Origin: a virus
DNA length: 64,000 bases
Strand: one strand, 5' to 3'
Virus record (IMG/VR): IMGVR_UViG_3300008216_000011
Coordinates: 7,602-71,601 of that record
The notes under the pieces were generated by a model. That model saw nothing but the letters and a program-made list of their open reading frames with translations, was not told where the DNA came from and ran no database searches. This document shows, piece by piece, positions 37,962-47,657 of this stretch. A program made the position numbers and the translations under genes. How positions within the stretch are numbered: the first letter of the stretch is position 1; the number at the start of each line of letters is the position of its first letter.

Positions 37962-40258
37962 GCTTTCATAATAAATGGAGAGAATTTAAAAAGCAGGGTC
38001 CCCTGCTTTTAGAGATAGACGAGACGGAAGTTGACCACATTGCAGACTTCTTGTCCGGTATGAAATCAGACGATCTTCCATTCAAACATTTGTTTGGTGA
38101 TCGCATGCGCCTCCGCCTTCCATTTAGGAGATCGCCAAAGGATGCGAAGCTATCTGAGTGGGAAGGCTCTTTGCGGAACACATCGTGGGTGGTTGACTGG
38201 AAGTCTGGAACAATCTCTAGAGATGTGAAGAGTGCAAGAAATCAGCAAACAAGAACTGAAAAGATGAAAATTGGCAAGTGGCTAATGAAGTACATAAGGC
38301 TTCGGGGAAAATATCAGTTTTCCAGAAGAGATCAGGAATTCGGCATCGCTAACGATATATTAGCTATTATAGAACCGGAGGGTGAATTCGGTGATCGTGG
38401 CGCCCCCTCCGCGGACGCAGAAGAGGCTAAGAAAAAGCTAGCTAGCTTTGTTTCTTTCGATTGGGCCAGAGACCACACAGAGGAATACGCAAAGAAGATT
38501 TTAAGTGTTTATCAAAAGACTCGCGGCGAGATGCTTAACATGTCTATCGTTGTGACTCGTCATCCCATCGACGTTTTACGAATGGCCGACTTTGAACACA
38601 TTCAGTCTTGCCATTCACCCCCCTCTCGCGGCGGCGGCGGTTTCTCCTCATACTATCAGTGCGCAGTCGCGGAAGCTCATGGTCATGGCGCTGTTGCCTA
38701 TATTGTCAATGACGACCAGTTACAAGAGCTTGTAGGTCCGGACGAGGACGTAAGTGCCCTGGACGATCAAGAATTATTTAGCGACGATGCGCGCGATGTT
38801 GAGGGTATTGTGCCGCTCGCGCGCGTCCGAGTGAGAAGGATTGTTTTCAAGACATCTCAGGATGGTCCCCAGGTCGATTTGGCTGTACCGGAAGAGAGAA
38901 TCTACGGCCCCGATCTCGACGGTTTTCATTCAACTGTGGTCAAGTGGCTGCACACCGCTCAGGAGGGTAGAGAGAAACTATTTCCGAGAAATTCTGAAGG
39001 TCAAATTAATCTAGGTCAGTTTAGCATAGTGGGCGGCACCCAGCAGGACACTAGTGCGAATGATATGTTTCAAACCTTGTATCCAGAGGCCGGACACAGC
39101 CACAGAGCCGGATCGAAATACTATGGAGCCATTGGAACCAACTATAAACTAGAAGATGAAATCCTAGCAGGCTTGGGCATCGGAACTGCAGCCTTCGAAG
39201 CTGAGTTGAAAGATATTGCAATTGTGTGGGACGAGCAAAATTACAATGTACTTCCGTCCAACTACGAAGATCTAGATCTTAACGATATTTTGCGCAAAAT
39301 AATCCCTACGATAGAAGTCGAAGTGGGTGTCAACGCCGAGGATGGAACGACCTGGGCTTCTCTGGCCGCCAGTCAAAAGTTCAGCATTCCCGTGTCTGAA
39401 TTCAAAGGCCGCGCGACCGCCGGTAGATTATACAATGATCTGGATCATATAAAAGATGAATTCAACGATATGGGAGTGGATTGGATTGACAGCATTACGG
39501 TTGGCCCCCAACGCCGGCACGACGGAGAAGATATGAATAACATTTATATAAACTTTAAGATGGGGTCTGAGAGGGTTTCCTACTACCCCTACATCCACGA
39601 CCCCACGGAACTAGAGAGGGTTTTAGACAACTTGGCAAAATTCCACTCAGATCGCGAAGGCTGGAAGTCAGAGCTTGAAATGATGCTCAAGCGGTACGAT
39701 CTGCTAGAGGGCGCCGAACTTTATCAACTAGCCCAGGAGGTTGATAATGCAACCTTTGATGAAAACGGGTGGGACACCGAGGTGGACGATCCGTATAATC
39801 CCACAGAGTTGACAGCTGATATATGGGGCATAGAAGTTCGCAAAGACGCTGCCGGCCCCCAGACAGATCGGATACTTTCCTCGCGCGATTTTAAAATTGC
39901 TTTAAAGAAAGCTATAGTCTTATCCGCTACACAGAAAGCTTCAGTTGGCGACATTCAATATCCGCCTTACAGCTTCAGCGCAACACACATAAAAGAAAAG
40001 ACGTACCAATACAGACTTCATTTTGGAGTCACGGACGATTCTTCGGATGCGCAGGTGGCTGTCCTAACCGCCGTGCTAAAACATTTAGATGCAGATGATA
40101 TACAATTAATTGTCGACAGGACTTTATCAGACATAGTTAATACCGATTCCGACACTGCTCAGAAAAGGTTGAAGGCCATGACCCAAGACTCTGCAAAAGA
40201 GCCAGCTTCGGAAACATCAAAATTGTTCGAAGGCTGGAGAAGGTATGTTAAAAAATAG
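37958..40258 (+). CDS. Large hypothetical protein (paralogue of 28656-31928)
   Basis: TRHPIDVLRMAD..IQSCH...CAVAEAHGHGAVAY; W++F/Y motifs at both ends. Confidence 0.8.
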   Translation: MSFHNKWREFKKQGPLLLEIDETEVDHIADFLSGMKSDDLPFKHLFGDRMRLRLPFRRSPKDAKLSEWEGSLRNTSWVVDWKSGTISRDVKSARNQQTRTEKMKIGKWLMKYIRLRGKYQFSRRDQEFGIANDILAIIEPEGEFGDRGAPSADAEEAKKKLASFVSFDWARDHTEEYAKKILSVYQKTRGEMLNMSIVVTRHPIDVLRMADFEHIQSCHSPPSRGGGGFSSYYQCAVAEAHGHGAVAYIVNDDQLQELVGPDEDVSALDDQELFSDDARDVEGIVPLARVRVRRIVFKTSQDGPQVDLAVPEERIYGPDLDGFHSTVVKWLHTAQEGREKLFPRNSEGQINLGQFSIVGGTQQDTSANDMFQTLYPEAGHSHRAGSKYYGAIGTNYKLEDEILAGLGIGTAAFEAELKDIAIVWDEQNYNVLPSNYEDLDLNDILRKIIPTIEVEVGVNAEDGTTWASLAASQKFSIPVSEFKGRATAGRLYNDLDHIKDEFNDMGVDWIDSITVGPQRRHDGEDMNNIYINFKMGSERVSYYPYIHDPTELERVLDNLAKFHSDREGWKSELEMMLKRYDLLEGAELYQLAQEVDNATFDENGWDTEVDDPYNPTELTADIWGIEVRKDAAGPQTDRILSSRDFKIALKKAIVLSATQKASVGDIQYPPYSFSATHIKEKTYQYRLHFGVTDDSSDAQVAVLTAVLKHLDADDIQLIVDRTLSDIVNTDSDTAQKRLKAMTQDSAKEPASETSKLFEGWRRYVKK

Positions 40259-40338
40259 TCAGGTTGTATGCCCAAATTGTAAGATGCCTTTACAGGACAC
40301 TGAAGACTGTATATACTGTGATTACAAGGAGAAAAAGG

Positions 40339-41139
40339 GTGATAAATAAGATCTTAGATTGGTTTAGGGGTACTCCCCACCCGGCTACCGCTATTTTATC
40401 TGACGATCCGTCTGCGAATTATATCGTATTTTTAGATATGGACGGGGTTTTAGTTGATATGACTAAATTGACGGTAAAAATTATAAACGAAAATCTAGCC
40501 ATGCTTAGAGATGGCACACCAGTCGAGGAAATACACCCCAGACCCTCAGAGCCAACATACAAGAGAACGTCTAGCCTTTATTTGAATGCTAGAAAGCAAT
40601 TAGAGAAGCTAGCCGCACTCATGGAGGAAGCCGGCGAAGAAACCATCACATACGCGAGGTTTGAACACTTAACGTTCCTGAAAGACACCGACGCACTTCG
40701 AAGCGGTTTGGAGCTTCAAGTGGGTGAATATTTCTTGTCCATGGCCACTGGCAACAGGGACTTTTGGATGAACATGGAGGCTCTACCCAATGCTCAAAAA
40801 TTAGTAGACATGGGGAATCTAGTCTCCGACGCCTCCGGTGGAGTTAGAATTCTATCCGCGCCGCTGGACAATATAGTTGTTAAAGCGAAGAGAGACTGGG
40901 TAAAGGAAAACCTGAAAAACGTACAACCAGAGAATGTTTTCATCGAGAGAGACAAAGGTAAGTTCTTATCAGACTACGAGATGCCTGCGGGAACAGTTCC
41001 AATACTTATCGATGATCGGGAAAAGTACAGGAGTGCTTTTGAGTCATCCGGCGGAAAAACGATTCCGTACAATCCGCAAAAAGTTCGCAAATCATTTAAA
41101 CTAGCCAAGTCCATTCTAAAGAAAATTATCAGCCGCTAG
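40339..41139 (+). CDS. HAD-family 5'(3')-nucleotidase-like protein
   Basis: FLDMDGVLVD, ILSAP, ILIDDR; AGGAG SD before GTG. Confidence 0.75.
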   Translation: MINKILDWFRGTPHPATAILSDDPSANYIVFLDMDGVLVDMTKLTVKIINENLAMLRDGTPVEEIHPRPSEPTYKRTSSLYLNARKQLEKLAALMEEAGEETITYARFEHLTFLKDTDALRSGLELQVGEYFLSMATGNRDFWMNMEALPNAQKLVDMGNLVSDASGGVRILSAPLDNIVVKAKRDWVKENLKNVQPENVFIERDKGKFLSDYEMPAGTVPILIDDREKYRSAFESSGGKTIPYNPQKVRKSFKLAKSILKKIISR

Positions 41140-41168
41140 ACATTAAATATATCTAATTGAGGGGGCAT

Positions 41169-41414
41169 ATGCTACAAAAACAAATGAAGTTTTGTGTTGG
41201 CGATTTGGTGAGGTTCGCCGGATGGTCCGATCCTGTCAACGTACTGGACGATCATAAGATGGATCCGGGTACCCTTGGCATAGTCATACAAGTTACGCCA
41301 CCCGTTGAGGGGGAGGGGTATCTTATGGTGGAAGAATATCTCGTTTGTTGGCCCCGCGACAGCGCGTTCTGGATGTATGAAAACGAAATGGAATTAGTTA
41401 ACGGTGTCAGATAG
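41169..41414 (+). CDS. KOW/SH3-like small protein
   Basis: VGDLVRF...GIVI...VCW...MELVN. Confidence 0.65.
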   Translation: MLQKQMKFCVGDLVRFAGWSDPVNVLDDHKMDPGTLGIVIQVTPPVEGEGYLMVEEYLVCWPRDSAFWMYENEMELVNGVR

Positions 41415-41607
41415 AAACATTGAGGTGGGCGATCTAGTGTGCCTGTCGCAACTTGAGCTTTCATTTTCTGAACAACCGACCGACCGTGGTCTAGTCATTG
41501 ACATCGACAATGGTTTCTATTTGGTACATTGGTCGATTGGCCCCCCTACTCGGTCTTGGCAAACCATCGAGGAAATAATCAAATTAAATCAATATTGTCT
41601 TGATTAA
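41404..41607 (+). CDS. KOW/SH3-like small protein
   Basis: IEVGDLV...GLVI...VHW. Confidence 0.65.
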   Translation: MSDRNIEVGDLVCLSQLELSFSEQPTDRGLVIDIDNGFYLVHWSIGPPTRSWQTIEEIIKLNQYCLD

Positions 41608-41629
41608 TTCTGCGTTTCTAGTTATAATA

Positions 41630-41869
41630 ATGGTAAAGAAGAGTAGTAAAAGTAGATATAACATAGGAGATCTGATAACAATATCAGAGGAATTAAGATC
41701 AATAACATCAGATTCCGAACCCCCCTTACTTGGGATAGTTTTTGGTGTTAGAGAATCCGGCAATTTTGATATGCATGAGTATCAAATTCTTTGGCAGGAC
41801 CCCGGGGAGAATATGTCGAGCGAGGAACAGTGGTATCCAGAAATGTTTTTACAAGGTGTTAAGAAATGA
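41630..41869 (+). CDS. KOW/SH3-like small protein
   Basis: IGDLI...GIVF...ILW. Confidence 0.65.
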   Translation: MVKKSSKSRYNIGDLITISEELRSITSDSEPPLLGIVFGVRESGNFDMHEYQILWQDPGENMSSEEQWYPEMFLQGVKK

Positions 41870-42066
41870 AGAATAGAGAATTTAATTTAGGTGATCTGGT
41901 TAAACACGAGCTGAGTGGTTTGGGGATTATCATGGATAGGGCATATGTCGAGACAACTGGCGGCGCGCGCTATGCCTATGGCTGGAGAGTATCTTTTCTA
42001 AATGGAGAAAACTTTAACGCGTCCAACGACTCGCTGATTCTCATGAACGAGAAAAAGAAAAAGTGA
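41866..42066 (+). CDS. KOW/SH3-like small protein
   Basis: LGDLVK...GII. Confidence 0.65.
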   Translation: MKNREFNLGDLVKHELSGLGIIMDRAYVETTGGARYAYGWRVSFLNGENFNASNDSLILMNEKKKK

Positions 42067-42281
42067 TAGAAATTGGCGATCTTATCGCCTGGACTACCAA
42101 CGCTAGCGACTCCGAACAGGTGGGTATCGTTATATCCGATATCACCCTCGACCGCAACGCCGTCCGAGTGCGCTGGCTTAGGCCCTATGAGTGCAATGGT
42201 GATATCATCTGGGAAGACGAAGTGTGGACCTACAGATGTCGTATGCTCTCTAGATCTAGGCCGGCCAAAGCTTCAAGCTAA
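42063..42281 (+). CDS. KOW/SH3-like small protein
   Basis: IGDLI...GIVI...VRW. Confidence 0.65.
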   Translation: MIEIGDLIAWTTNASDSEQVGIVISDITLDRNAVRVRWLRPYECNGDIIWEDEVWTYRCRMLSRSRPAKASS

Positions 42282-42293
42282 ACAGTATATGGT

Positions 42294-42527
42294 ATGCCGT
42301 CCCTTCCGAAACTAAAAGCAGGAGATCTTGTAACGCACGTAAGTCAAACGTGGGTCCTGGGCACGGTCATTATGACAGCCATTACAATTGCCGGCCACTC
42401 TGTTTGCGAGGTCGTCGTCATAAGAGACAGACTAGATCCAGAAAATGTAGGAAAGGTTAAGTACCTTAATCGATGTTACTGGACCCTTGTTGAAGACTCA
42501 AAAAAAAATAAAACAAACCTTGACTAA
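42294..42527 (+). CDS. KOW/SH3-like small protein
   Basis: KAGDLV...GTVI. Confidence 0.6.
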   Translation: MPSLPKLKAGDLVTHVSQTWVLGTVIMTAITIAGHSVCEVVVIRDRLDPENVGKVKYLNRCYWTLVEDSKKNKTNLD

Positions 42528-42598
42528 TATAGATACACGTGCTAATGTAGAGGAGTGGTGAGTGACTTAAATACTCATCGGCCGAAAGGAGATAAATT

Positions 42599-42778
42599 AT
42601 GGAAGAGCTTGTATCTTATATTCGCGATGCACTGGAAGGCAAATGTTCCGCTCGTAGTCTCGATGACGAAGATGATTTTGAGGCAGTAATGGAAGAAATA
42701 ACTCAGGCAATATTTGCTTGGGTTGATGATCATGGGGAAGCTGCGTTTGCTTATGGTTCGCCTCGCGACGAATGGTGA
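42599..42778 (+). CDS. Small acidic protein (not in ORF track)
   Basis: 59 aa MEELVSYIRDALEG...GSPRDEW; AAGGAG SD. Confidence 0.6.
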   Translation: MEELVSYIRDALEGKCSARSLDDEDDFEAVMEEITQAIFAWVDDHGEAAFAYGSPRDEW

Positions 42779-42785
42779 ACGAGAT

Positions 42786-42998
42786 ATGATCCGATGCAAA
42801 GTGGGCGACTTGGTAGAGTATCAAGGGCAGATAGGACTGGTCGTTGCGCACAAGCTATATGATGCGAAGCGTGACGGCTACTTAGTTAGATTTAGCAACG
42901 ATTCCCATATGGGCACAGAGTTGCTTCTGCCGTCTGAAGTAAGAATTATCTATATTGCAAAAAACATTGAAAACCCAGTTGACATGCTGAGTTTTTAA
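42786..42998 (+). CDS. KOW/SH3-like small protein
   Basis: KVGDLV...GLVV...VRF. Confidence 0.6.
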   Translation: MIRCKVGDLVEYQGQIGLVVAHKLYDAKRDGYLVRFSNDSHMGTELLLPSEVRIIYIAKNIENPVDMLSF

Positions 42999-43032
42999 TG
43001 ATAATATTAAGGCATGAGGTTTTGGTTTATGG

Positions 43033-43109
43033 GGGCTGCTGGCCTAACGGGTAAGGCAAATGGCTTTTAACCATTCGATTTCTGAGTTCGAATCTCAGGC
43101 AGCTCACCA
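43033..43109 (+). tRNA. tRNA-Lys (anticodon UUU)
   Basis: Acceptor GGGCTGC/GCAGCTC-ACCA, anticodon loop CTTTTAA, TTCGAAT T-loop; TTGACA..GATAAT promoter at ~42979. Confidence 0.9.
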
Positions 43110-43189
43110 ACCAACATTCTTGTCGTTTTCCTGCGAAGTTAAAAAGGATACGATGAGTCAGTTTATTTAGTCAAGGAAAGGAAATTATT

Positions 43190-44377
43190 ATGACTATTGA
43201 AATTACATTTAATAAAGTTAGAAACGTGCTCTTTGATCCAGAGGAGGAATATTATGAATTCCTGGCCTTGATCGATGAAACGTTTCCAGAATTCCCAAAG
43301 GGGAGAAACCCGCGAAGTGTTAACAAGAACACTACGCTTTATAGGGCAATCACGCACAGTCTTGAAGTTAACGAGAACTTCCACCACTATAGCCGCGGCA
43401 TCCAGGGTACAGTCTCTGACGTAATGCAGTGCAGCCGTACCGGACGTTTACGCGTCTTTCTCGACCCCTCCCGTAAAGATGGCCACTTTGACGGTGGACA
43501 CAATCTAGCGGCGATTGCTGACCGTAATCCGTTAATTAATGGAACTCGTTGGGTCAAGTTCAAGATCTTCACTGGAGATTTGACTGACGAGGAAATCCGC
43601 CGTCTCGCACATGCAAACAACCACTGCAAGAAGCAGCAGGCGCGCAATGAGGCCAACATCGATGGTTGTTTTGATATGTTTCATACTGCGCTAGCTGATT
43701 ATGAAGATAACATTTCATACTTCGACGGTGACGAGGGCTCTTATCGCATCGAGACTATTATCTCTATGCTCATTTCGGCGACCGGCCCGTTTGCATACAA
43801 GTTCTTCACTGAATCAGATGCGCGCAAGAATTCTCACACAAAGTCTGCGCGAAGCATGTACCGTCGAGGCGTTACTTCGAAGGTTAACTATTTTGTCAAG
43901 AGATCTCAGGACTTCGCAAAACTCTGCGAGGGGAAAGATCCGATTCTTAATGAGTTTGTACAGTTGTGGGATTATATTCTCACTGACACAGAGAGACTGT
44001 ACGGCGCTAGTCAGCTGCGCACAGGGTCATATCGTCGCCTCAAGATCTTTGATTCCGAGAACAACCCACTAACTAAGACTTGCAAGGAAACTTCTTTTAC
44101 TATTTCTGGTATTGAGAACTCCACCCCAATACCGTCACAGTTTGTAATGATGATCATCAGCGCCCTGTTCCGACACGAACTCCGCGTCAGTCGATCCGGT
44201 CAGCTGACTTGGCGAGATGATCTTCAAGAGGCAAAGGAGCGCTGGGCCGACAACGCGCTAATAACTATGAAATCTCTTTCAGATCGGTGGGCAAGCCATC
44301 TAGGTACCGGCGGAGATGTTCGAACGTTTATGGAAGATTCTGATGTCTGGGATATGGTTTCTCAGAACCTAGCTTAA
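43190..44377 (+). CDS. AIPR-like / ParB-superfamily-like protein
   Basis: NPR, NFHHYSRGI, DGGH, AHANN pattern reminiscent of AIPR proteins. Confidence 0.5.
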   Translation: MTIEITFNKVRNVLFDPEEEYYEFLALIDETFPEFPKGRNPRSVNKNTTLYRAITHSLEVNENFHHYSRGIQGTVSDVMQCSRTGRLRVFLDPSRKDGHFDGGHNLAAIADRNPLINGTRWVKFKIFTGDLTDEEIRRLAHANNHCKKQQARNEANIDGCFDMFHTALADYEDNISYFDGDEGSYRIETIISMLISATGPFAYKFFTESDARKNSHTKSARSMYRRGVTSKVNYFVKRSQDFAKLCEGKDPILNEFVQLWDYILTDTERLYGASQLRTGSYRRLKIFDSENNPLTKTCKETSFTISGIENSTPIPSQFVMMIISALFRHELRVSRSGQLTWRDDLQEAKERWADNALITMKSLSDRWASHLGTGGDVRTFMEDSDVWDMVSQNLA

Positions 44378-44404
44378 CAACTTATATAAAGAAAGGATGT
44401 ATTA

Positions 44405-44656
44405 ATGACTTATCGAGCACATCAAACAAGTGCTGTACTGCTTATCACTTTTATTGTGTTGCTAGTCGCGGCCACTACCAGTAGCGGATGCCAGTCCGAA
44501 GCCGACTGTGTTGAACCCGAATTCATTCGTATCGATGGCGAACGCCTAGGTGATTGTGACGACGACGACTCAGCCGACGACGACGACAGCGCAGATGGCT
44601 TGTCGTACGACGAACCGATCATCGTGTCTGACGACGACGATTCTGTAGACTTTTAA
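44405..44656 (+). CDS. Small secreted/lipoprotein with DDDDS repeats
   Basis: Hydrophobic N-terminus plus SSGC; DDDDS three times. Confidence 0.65.
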   Translation: MTYRAHQTSAVLLITFIVLLVAATTSSGCQSEADCVEPEFIRIDGERLGDCDDDDSADDDDSADGLSYDEPIIVSDDDDSVDF

Positions 44657-44666
44657 CAAACCCAAC

Positions 44667-44757
44667 CCGCAGGGAGGCATGGGGAGATCAGCACAATATT
44701 AAAAAATCACTATTTTCTCCTTATTTATGGTGACCGTGCTAGTCTGATAGATGCCTC
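44667..44757 (+). ncRNA. Candidate structured RNA motif copy 2, with inserted hairpin
   Basis: CCGCAGG-GAGGCAT-GGGG-[AGATCAGCAC...GTGCTAGTCT]-GATAG-ATGCCTC. Confidence 0.4.
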
Positions 44758-44778
44758 TATATTTTAGAGAAGCAAATT

Positions 44779-45171
44779 ATGAAAAACTTAATCTTTTGTT
44801 TATACTGCGTTTTGAACGCATGCTTTTATGTAACTCCAGCCTCTCATAGCCACAGCTATCATAGCGGTTACGAGAGCAGTGACCTACGGGTAGAATCTGC
44901 GGAGGCTACTTGTGAGTGGAACTCTTTTGTCGGAGAGGCCTACTGGAAATTCGATGCAGAAGTATACAGTCCTTATTGGATACATACGGTTGATGCTCTT
45001 ATGACAAACAGTCCAGAATATTCTGATATAACTATACGACTTCACGATATGGGTGCCGGCCACTGGGGAGACAATGCCTGGATCGCTATCCCTTGCGCCG
45101 CAGCATACGATGTTGAATTCATAGCTTACGACGAGAACGGAAACATCGCGACAAGATGGGATTTGTGGTAG
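44779..45171 (+). CDS. Hypothetical lipoprotein
   Basis: LNAC lipobox-like; beta-rich body. Confidence 0.6.
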   Translation: MKNLIFCLYCVLNACFYVTPASHSHSYHSGYESSDLRVESAEATCEWNSFVGEAYWKFDAEVYSPYWIHTVDALMTNSPEYSDITIRLHDMGAGHWGDNAWIAIPCAAAYDVEFIAYDENGNIATRWDLW

Positions 45172-45233
45172 GCTACTCCGAAAACCAGTACATCCTTTTG
45201 CGCGCCACCAAACTATTTAGTTAGGACAACATC

Positions 45234-46691
45234 GTGCAAATAAAAATTACAAAACAATTAATATCAGAAGAGCTTATCAGTGAAATAACCTTCGCGTCGG
45301 CCGTGAACAACCTAGGCGGCAAAAAGATGCAGAAAGCTGTTATAGGGTGGAGTAATCGAGAACACCACGACGACTACGACGGAAGCCGTCTTGCCCACGA
45401 TCCCAAGCTAATCGCTCGCCGAGTAAAAAAAGTGAAAATTTGGCTTCTTGATATTATTCCCGACGACTTAACCGACAATCAAAAGGGGCTAATTGTAACT
45501 TGGCTAGCTAGGCTCACAAGGGATTTATCTACGGGTTACATGACAAGTTTTCTTGGGGAGCATTACCCGGGCAACGACGCATGGAGCGACTTTGAAATGT
45601 TTTTCCACTATCAGCAGTTTATGTCCGAGAAGGATTTAAATAAAGTTGCAGATCTAGAACACCTTGAAGAGATCGTCAACGCCGCCCGCCCGCAGATTGA
45701 AGCATATCAAGAGAAGCAATCTTATATGGATGCAGAAGAGGGCACTGAGGTATTCCGCGACGACGAAGAGTGGTATATTGCAGCCCTCCACAACAAAGGA
45801 GCGGCTTGTGAGTTTGGCAAGGGGACAGATTGGTGTACGGCAGCACCCGGCCTAAATTATTTCGAAGAATACTATGAGGAAGATGATCCACTATTCTTCT
45901 TTCAAAAGAGGACCAACGACGAGCGTTGGCAATTCCACTATGGTTCAGATCAGTTTATGGATGAGGATGATCATCCAATCTCTAAAGATGAAACTGGACT
46001 TTTACACGACCTATTGATGCAAACAGATGCACCGACAAAGTATCCTATTTTAAGGAGTGTCGATGCGCGTTTTAAAGTTATGAATAGGTCGACTTCAGCG
46101 GCAGATTTGCATGCACTACTTGATTCTGAAGGAATGGATTACGGCCGCGCCATTGCCATCGCAGCACATCCCGGCGCCGGGGACGAAACTCTTAAGGTTT
46201 TGATGGATATGGATCCAGTTAAGGAAGGCTGGATAGCTGTTTACCTTCCTGGCCACTCGCCGGCTGCGCATGGTACTAAATTGAAACAATCCATCGCTGA
46301 GAATCCCCACGCTAGCCCAGAAATTCTAGAACGATTGATGCGCCTGATGCGCATCGCCGAAGAAGAGTTTGTGAAAAACAAACAAGACGCTGACCGGACC
46401 CGCCCGCTTCGCGGCTCGACCCGTGAATATTACAGGGCAATATATAAGGCTATCGTATATAACCTTAATGTATCGACAGAGACGCTGAGAGATCTATATG
46501 CGTATTACAAGGAGACGAGCGGTGTACGCGGGACATTCATGCTGCTAGTGATAGGGGAAAAGATCAGAGCCCGCGAAGAGGAGGGGAGAAATCTCACTCA
46601 AGTGGCTCTAGAGGACTATGCGTTTTCTCAAACAAAACTCCCGCCTAGTAATGAAAACCTCCTCGCAAGATGGAAAAATATTATAAATTAG
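45234..46691 (+). CDS. Hypothetical protein with GTDWCTAA motif and LRV-like helical repeats
   Basis: AACEFGKGTDWCTAAPG; IAAHPGA/IAENPHAS; C-terminal LLARWKNIIN; CTATTTA upstream. Confidence 0.7.
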   Translation: MQIKITKQLISEELISEITFASAVNNLGGKKMQKAVIGWSNREHHDDYDGSRLAHDPKLIARRVKKVKIWLLDIIPDDLTDNQKGLIVTWLARLTRDLSTGYMTSFLGEHYPGNDAWSDFEMFFHYQQFMSEKDLNKVADLEHLEEIVNAARPQIEAYQEKQSYMDAEEGTEVFRDDEEWYIAALHNKGAACEFGKGTDWCTAAPGLNYFEEYYEEDDPLFFFQKRTNDERWQFHYGSDQFMDEDDHPISKDETGLLHDLLMQTDAPTKYPILRSVDARFKVMNRSTSAADLHALLDSEGMDYGRAIAIAAHPGAGDETLKVLMDMDPVKEGWIAVYLPGHSPAAHGTKLKQSIAENPHASPEILERLMRLMRIAEEEFVKNKQDADRTRPLRGSTREYYRAIYKAIVYNLNVSTETLRDLYAYYKETSGVRGTFMLLVIGEKIRAREEEGRNLTQVALEDYAFSQTKLPPSNENLLARWKNIIN

Positions 46692-46728
46692 AGTTGCTAT
46701 TCTGAGTATCCTGTGCTATTATATACTC

Positions 46729-46926
46729 ATGGATGACGATTGCACTAAATTTCGCCTAGGCGCTCTAGTAGAACTTAAGTATTATCAAGGAAGCGTGTTG
46801 GCAGTTATACTGCAAAACCCCCCTTTTCTGTGGGACAGAATGAAAGTTCAAATGATTGGCGAGCCCCGTCCCGAAATAGTAAAATGTAGCGATTGGGTAC
46901 TGGCATGTACCCATCCCAAGAATTGA
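46729..46926 (+). CDS. KOW/SH3-like small protein
   Basis: FRLGALVEL. Confidence 0.5.
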   Translation: MDDDCTKFRLGALVELKYYQGSVLAVILQNPPFLWDRMKVQMIGEPRPEIVKCSDWVLACTHPKN

Positions 46927-46947
46927 ATTAAAAAACGATAGTTTTAT

Positions 46948-47024
46948 GGGGGTGTATCCCAACCGGCAGAGGAAATCGACTTAAAATCGATCAAGTGTGG
47001 GTTCGAATCCCACCACCCCTACCA
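46948..47024 (+). tRNA. tRNA-Leu (anticodon UAA), short variable arm
   Basis: Acceptor GGGGGTG/CACCCCT-ACCA, anticodon loop CTTAAAA, GTGGG-TTCGAAT-CCCAC T-arm. Confidence 0.88.
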
Positions 47025-47031
47025 AAATATT

Positions 47032-47217
47032 ATGAAAGACTATAAACCACATATTACAATGCTGAAGGTTGAACTAAAGAACAAAGACGAAAATGTTCTG
47101 ACGGTAGATCTTAGCGATGACTTCGTTGAGTGGTTCAAGGTAACACACAATTTGAAACGATGGGCACCAAAGCAGTTTAAGAGTTGGCTCATCAAAGTAT
47201 TAGAAGGCGACAAATGA
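47032..47217 (+). CDS. Hypothetical small protein
   Basis: ORF coupled to next gene. Confidence 0.55.
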   Translation: MKDYKPHITMLKVELKNKDENVLTVDLSDDFVEWFKVTHNLKRWAPKQFKSWLIKVLEGDK

Positions 47218-47432
47218 AACAACATCACGGAATTAAAGTTGGCGATCTAGTGAAGTTTAAACATCATATATTGAAAGGCGATCATGGTCGTCTAGTCACG
47301 GAACTGTGGACTGACGAGGGCCACCTAGCCCAGTTCAAGCAAACAGTAGAGCACATTCGCCTTTTAGGTGACTCCTCTGGTCGCTGGTATCTTGCGTCAG
47401 ATTTCGATGTACTTTCAAGGGGAAGAGAATGA
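47214..47432 (+). CDS. KOW/SH3-like small protein
   Basis: IKVGDLVKF. Confidence 0.65.
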   Translation: MKQHHGIKVGDLVKFKHHILKGDHGRLVTELWTDEGHLAQFKQTVEHIRLLGDSSGRWYLASDFDVLSRGRE

Positions 47433-47581
47433 GAACGTACGTGAACATGGAAAAAGAACAAATTGAAACAATCTTAGATATTTTTGTTGAGATTCAAGTA
47501 CGCCGCGATCTCAAACCCAGCGAACAATACGTGAAAACTATTTTGCTTGAAGCACTTGACAGGGCGATCAATAGCTGGTAA
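47429..47581 (+). CDS. Hypothetical small protein (not in ORF track)
   Basis: 50 aa MRTYVNMEKEQIETILD...; ATGA-coupled. Confidence 0.4.
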   Translation: MRTYVNMEKEQIETILDIFVEIQVRRDLKPSEQYVKTILLEALDRAINSW

Positions 47582-47657
47582 TATAAAGGAAGTTAGCTGA
47601 GTTAGCCGATGACGATCCTAAGAGCGAGCAAAGAACAAATTTACTGTTATAACCTAT

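Noticed and set aside
44740-44757. Hammerhead ribozyme (CTGATAG resembles CUGAUGA)
   Set aside because: Does not match CUGANGA and lacks the GAAA core with three stems.
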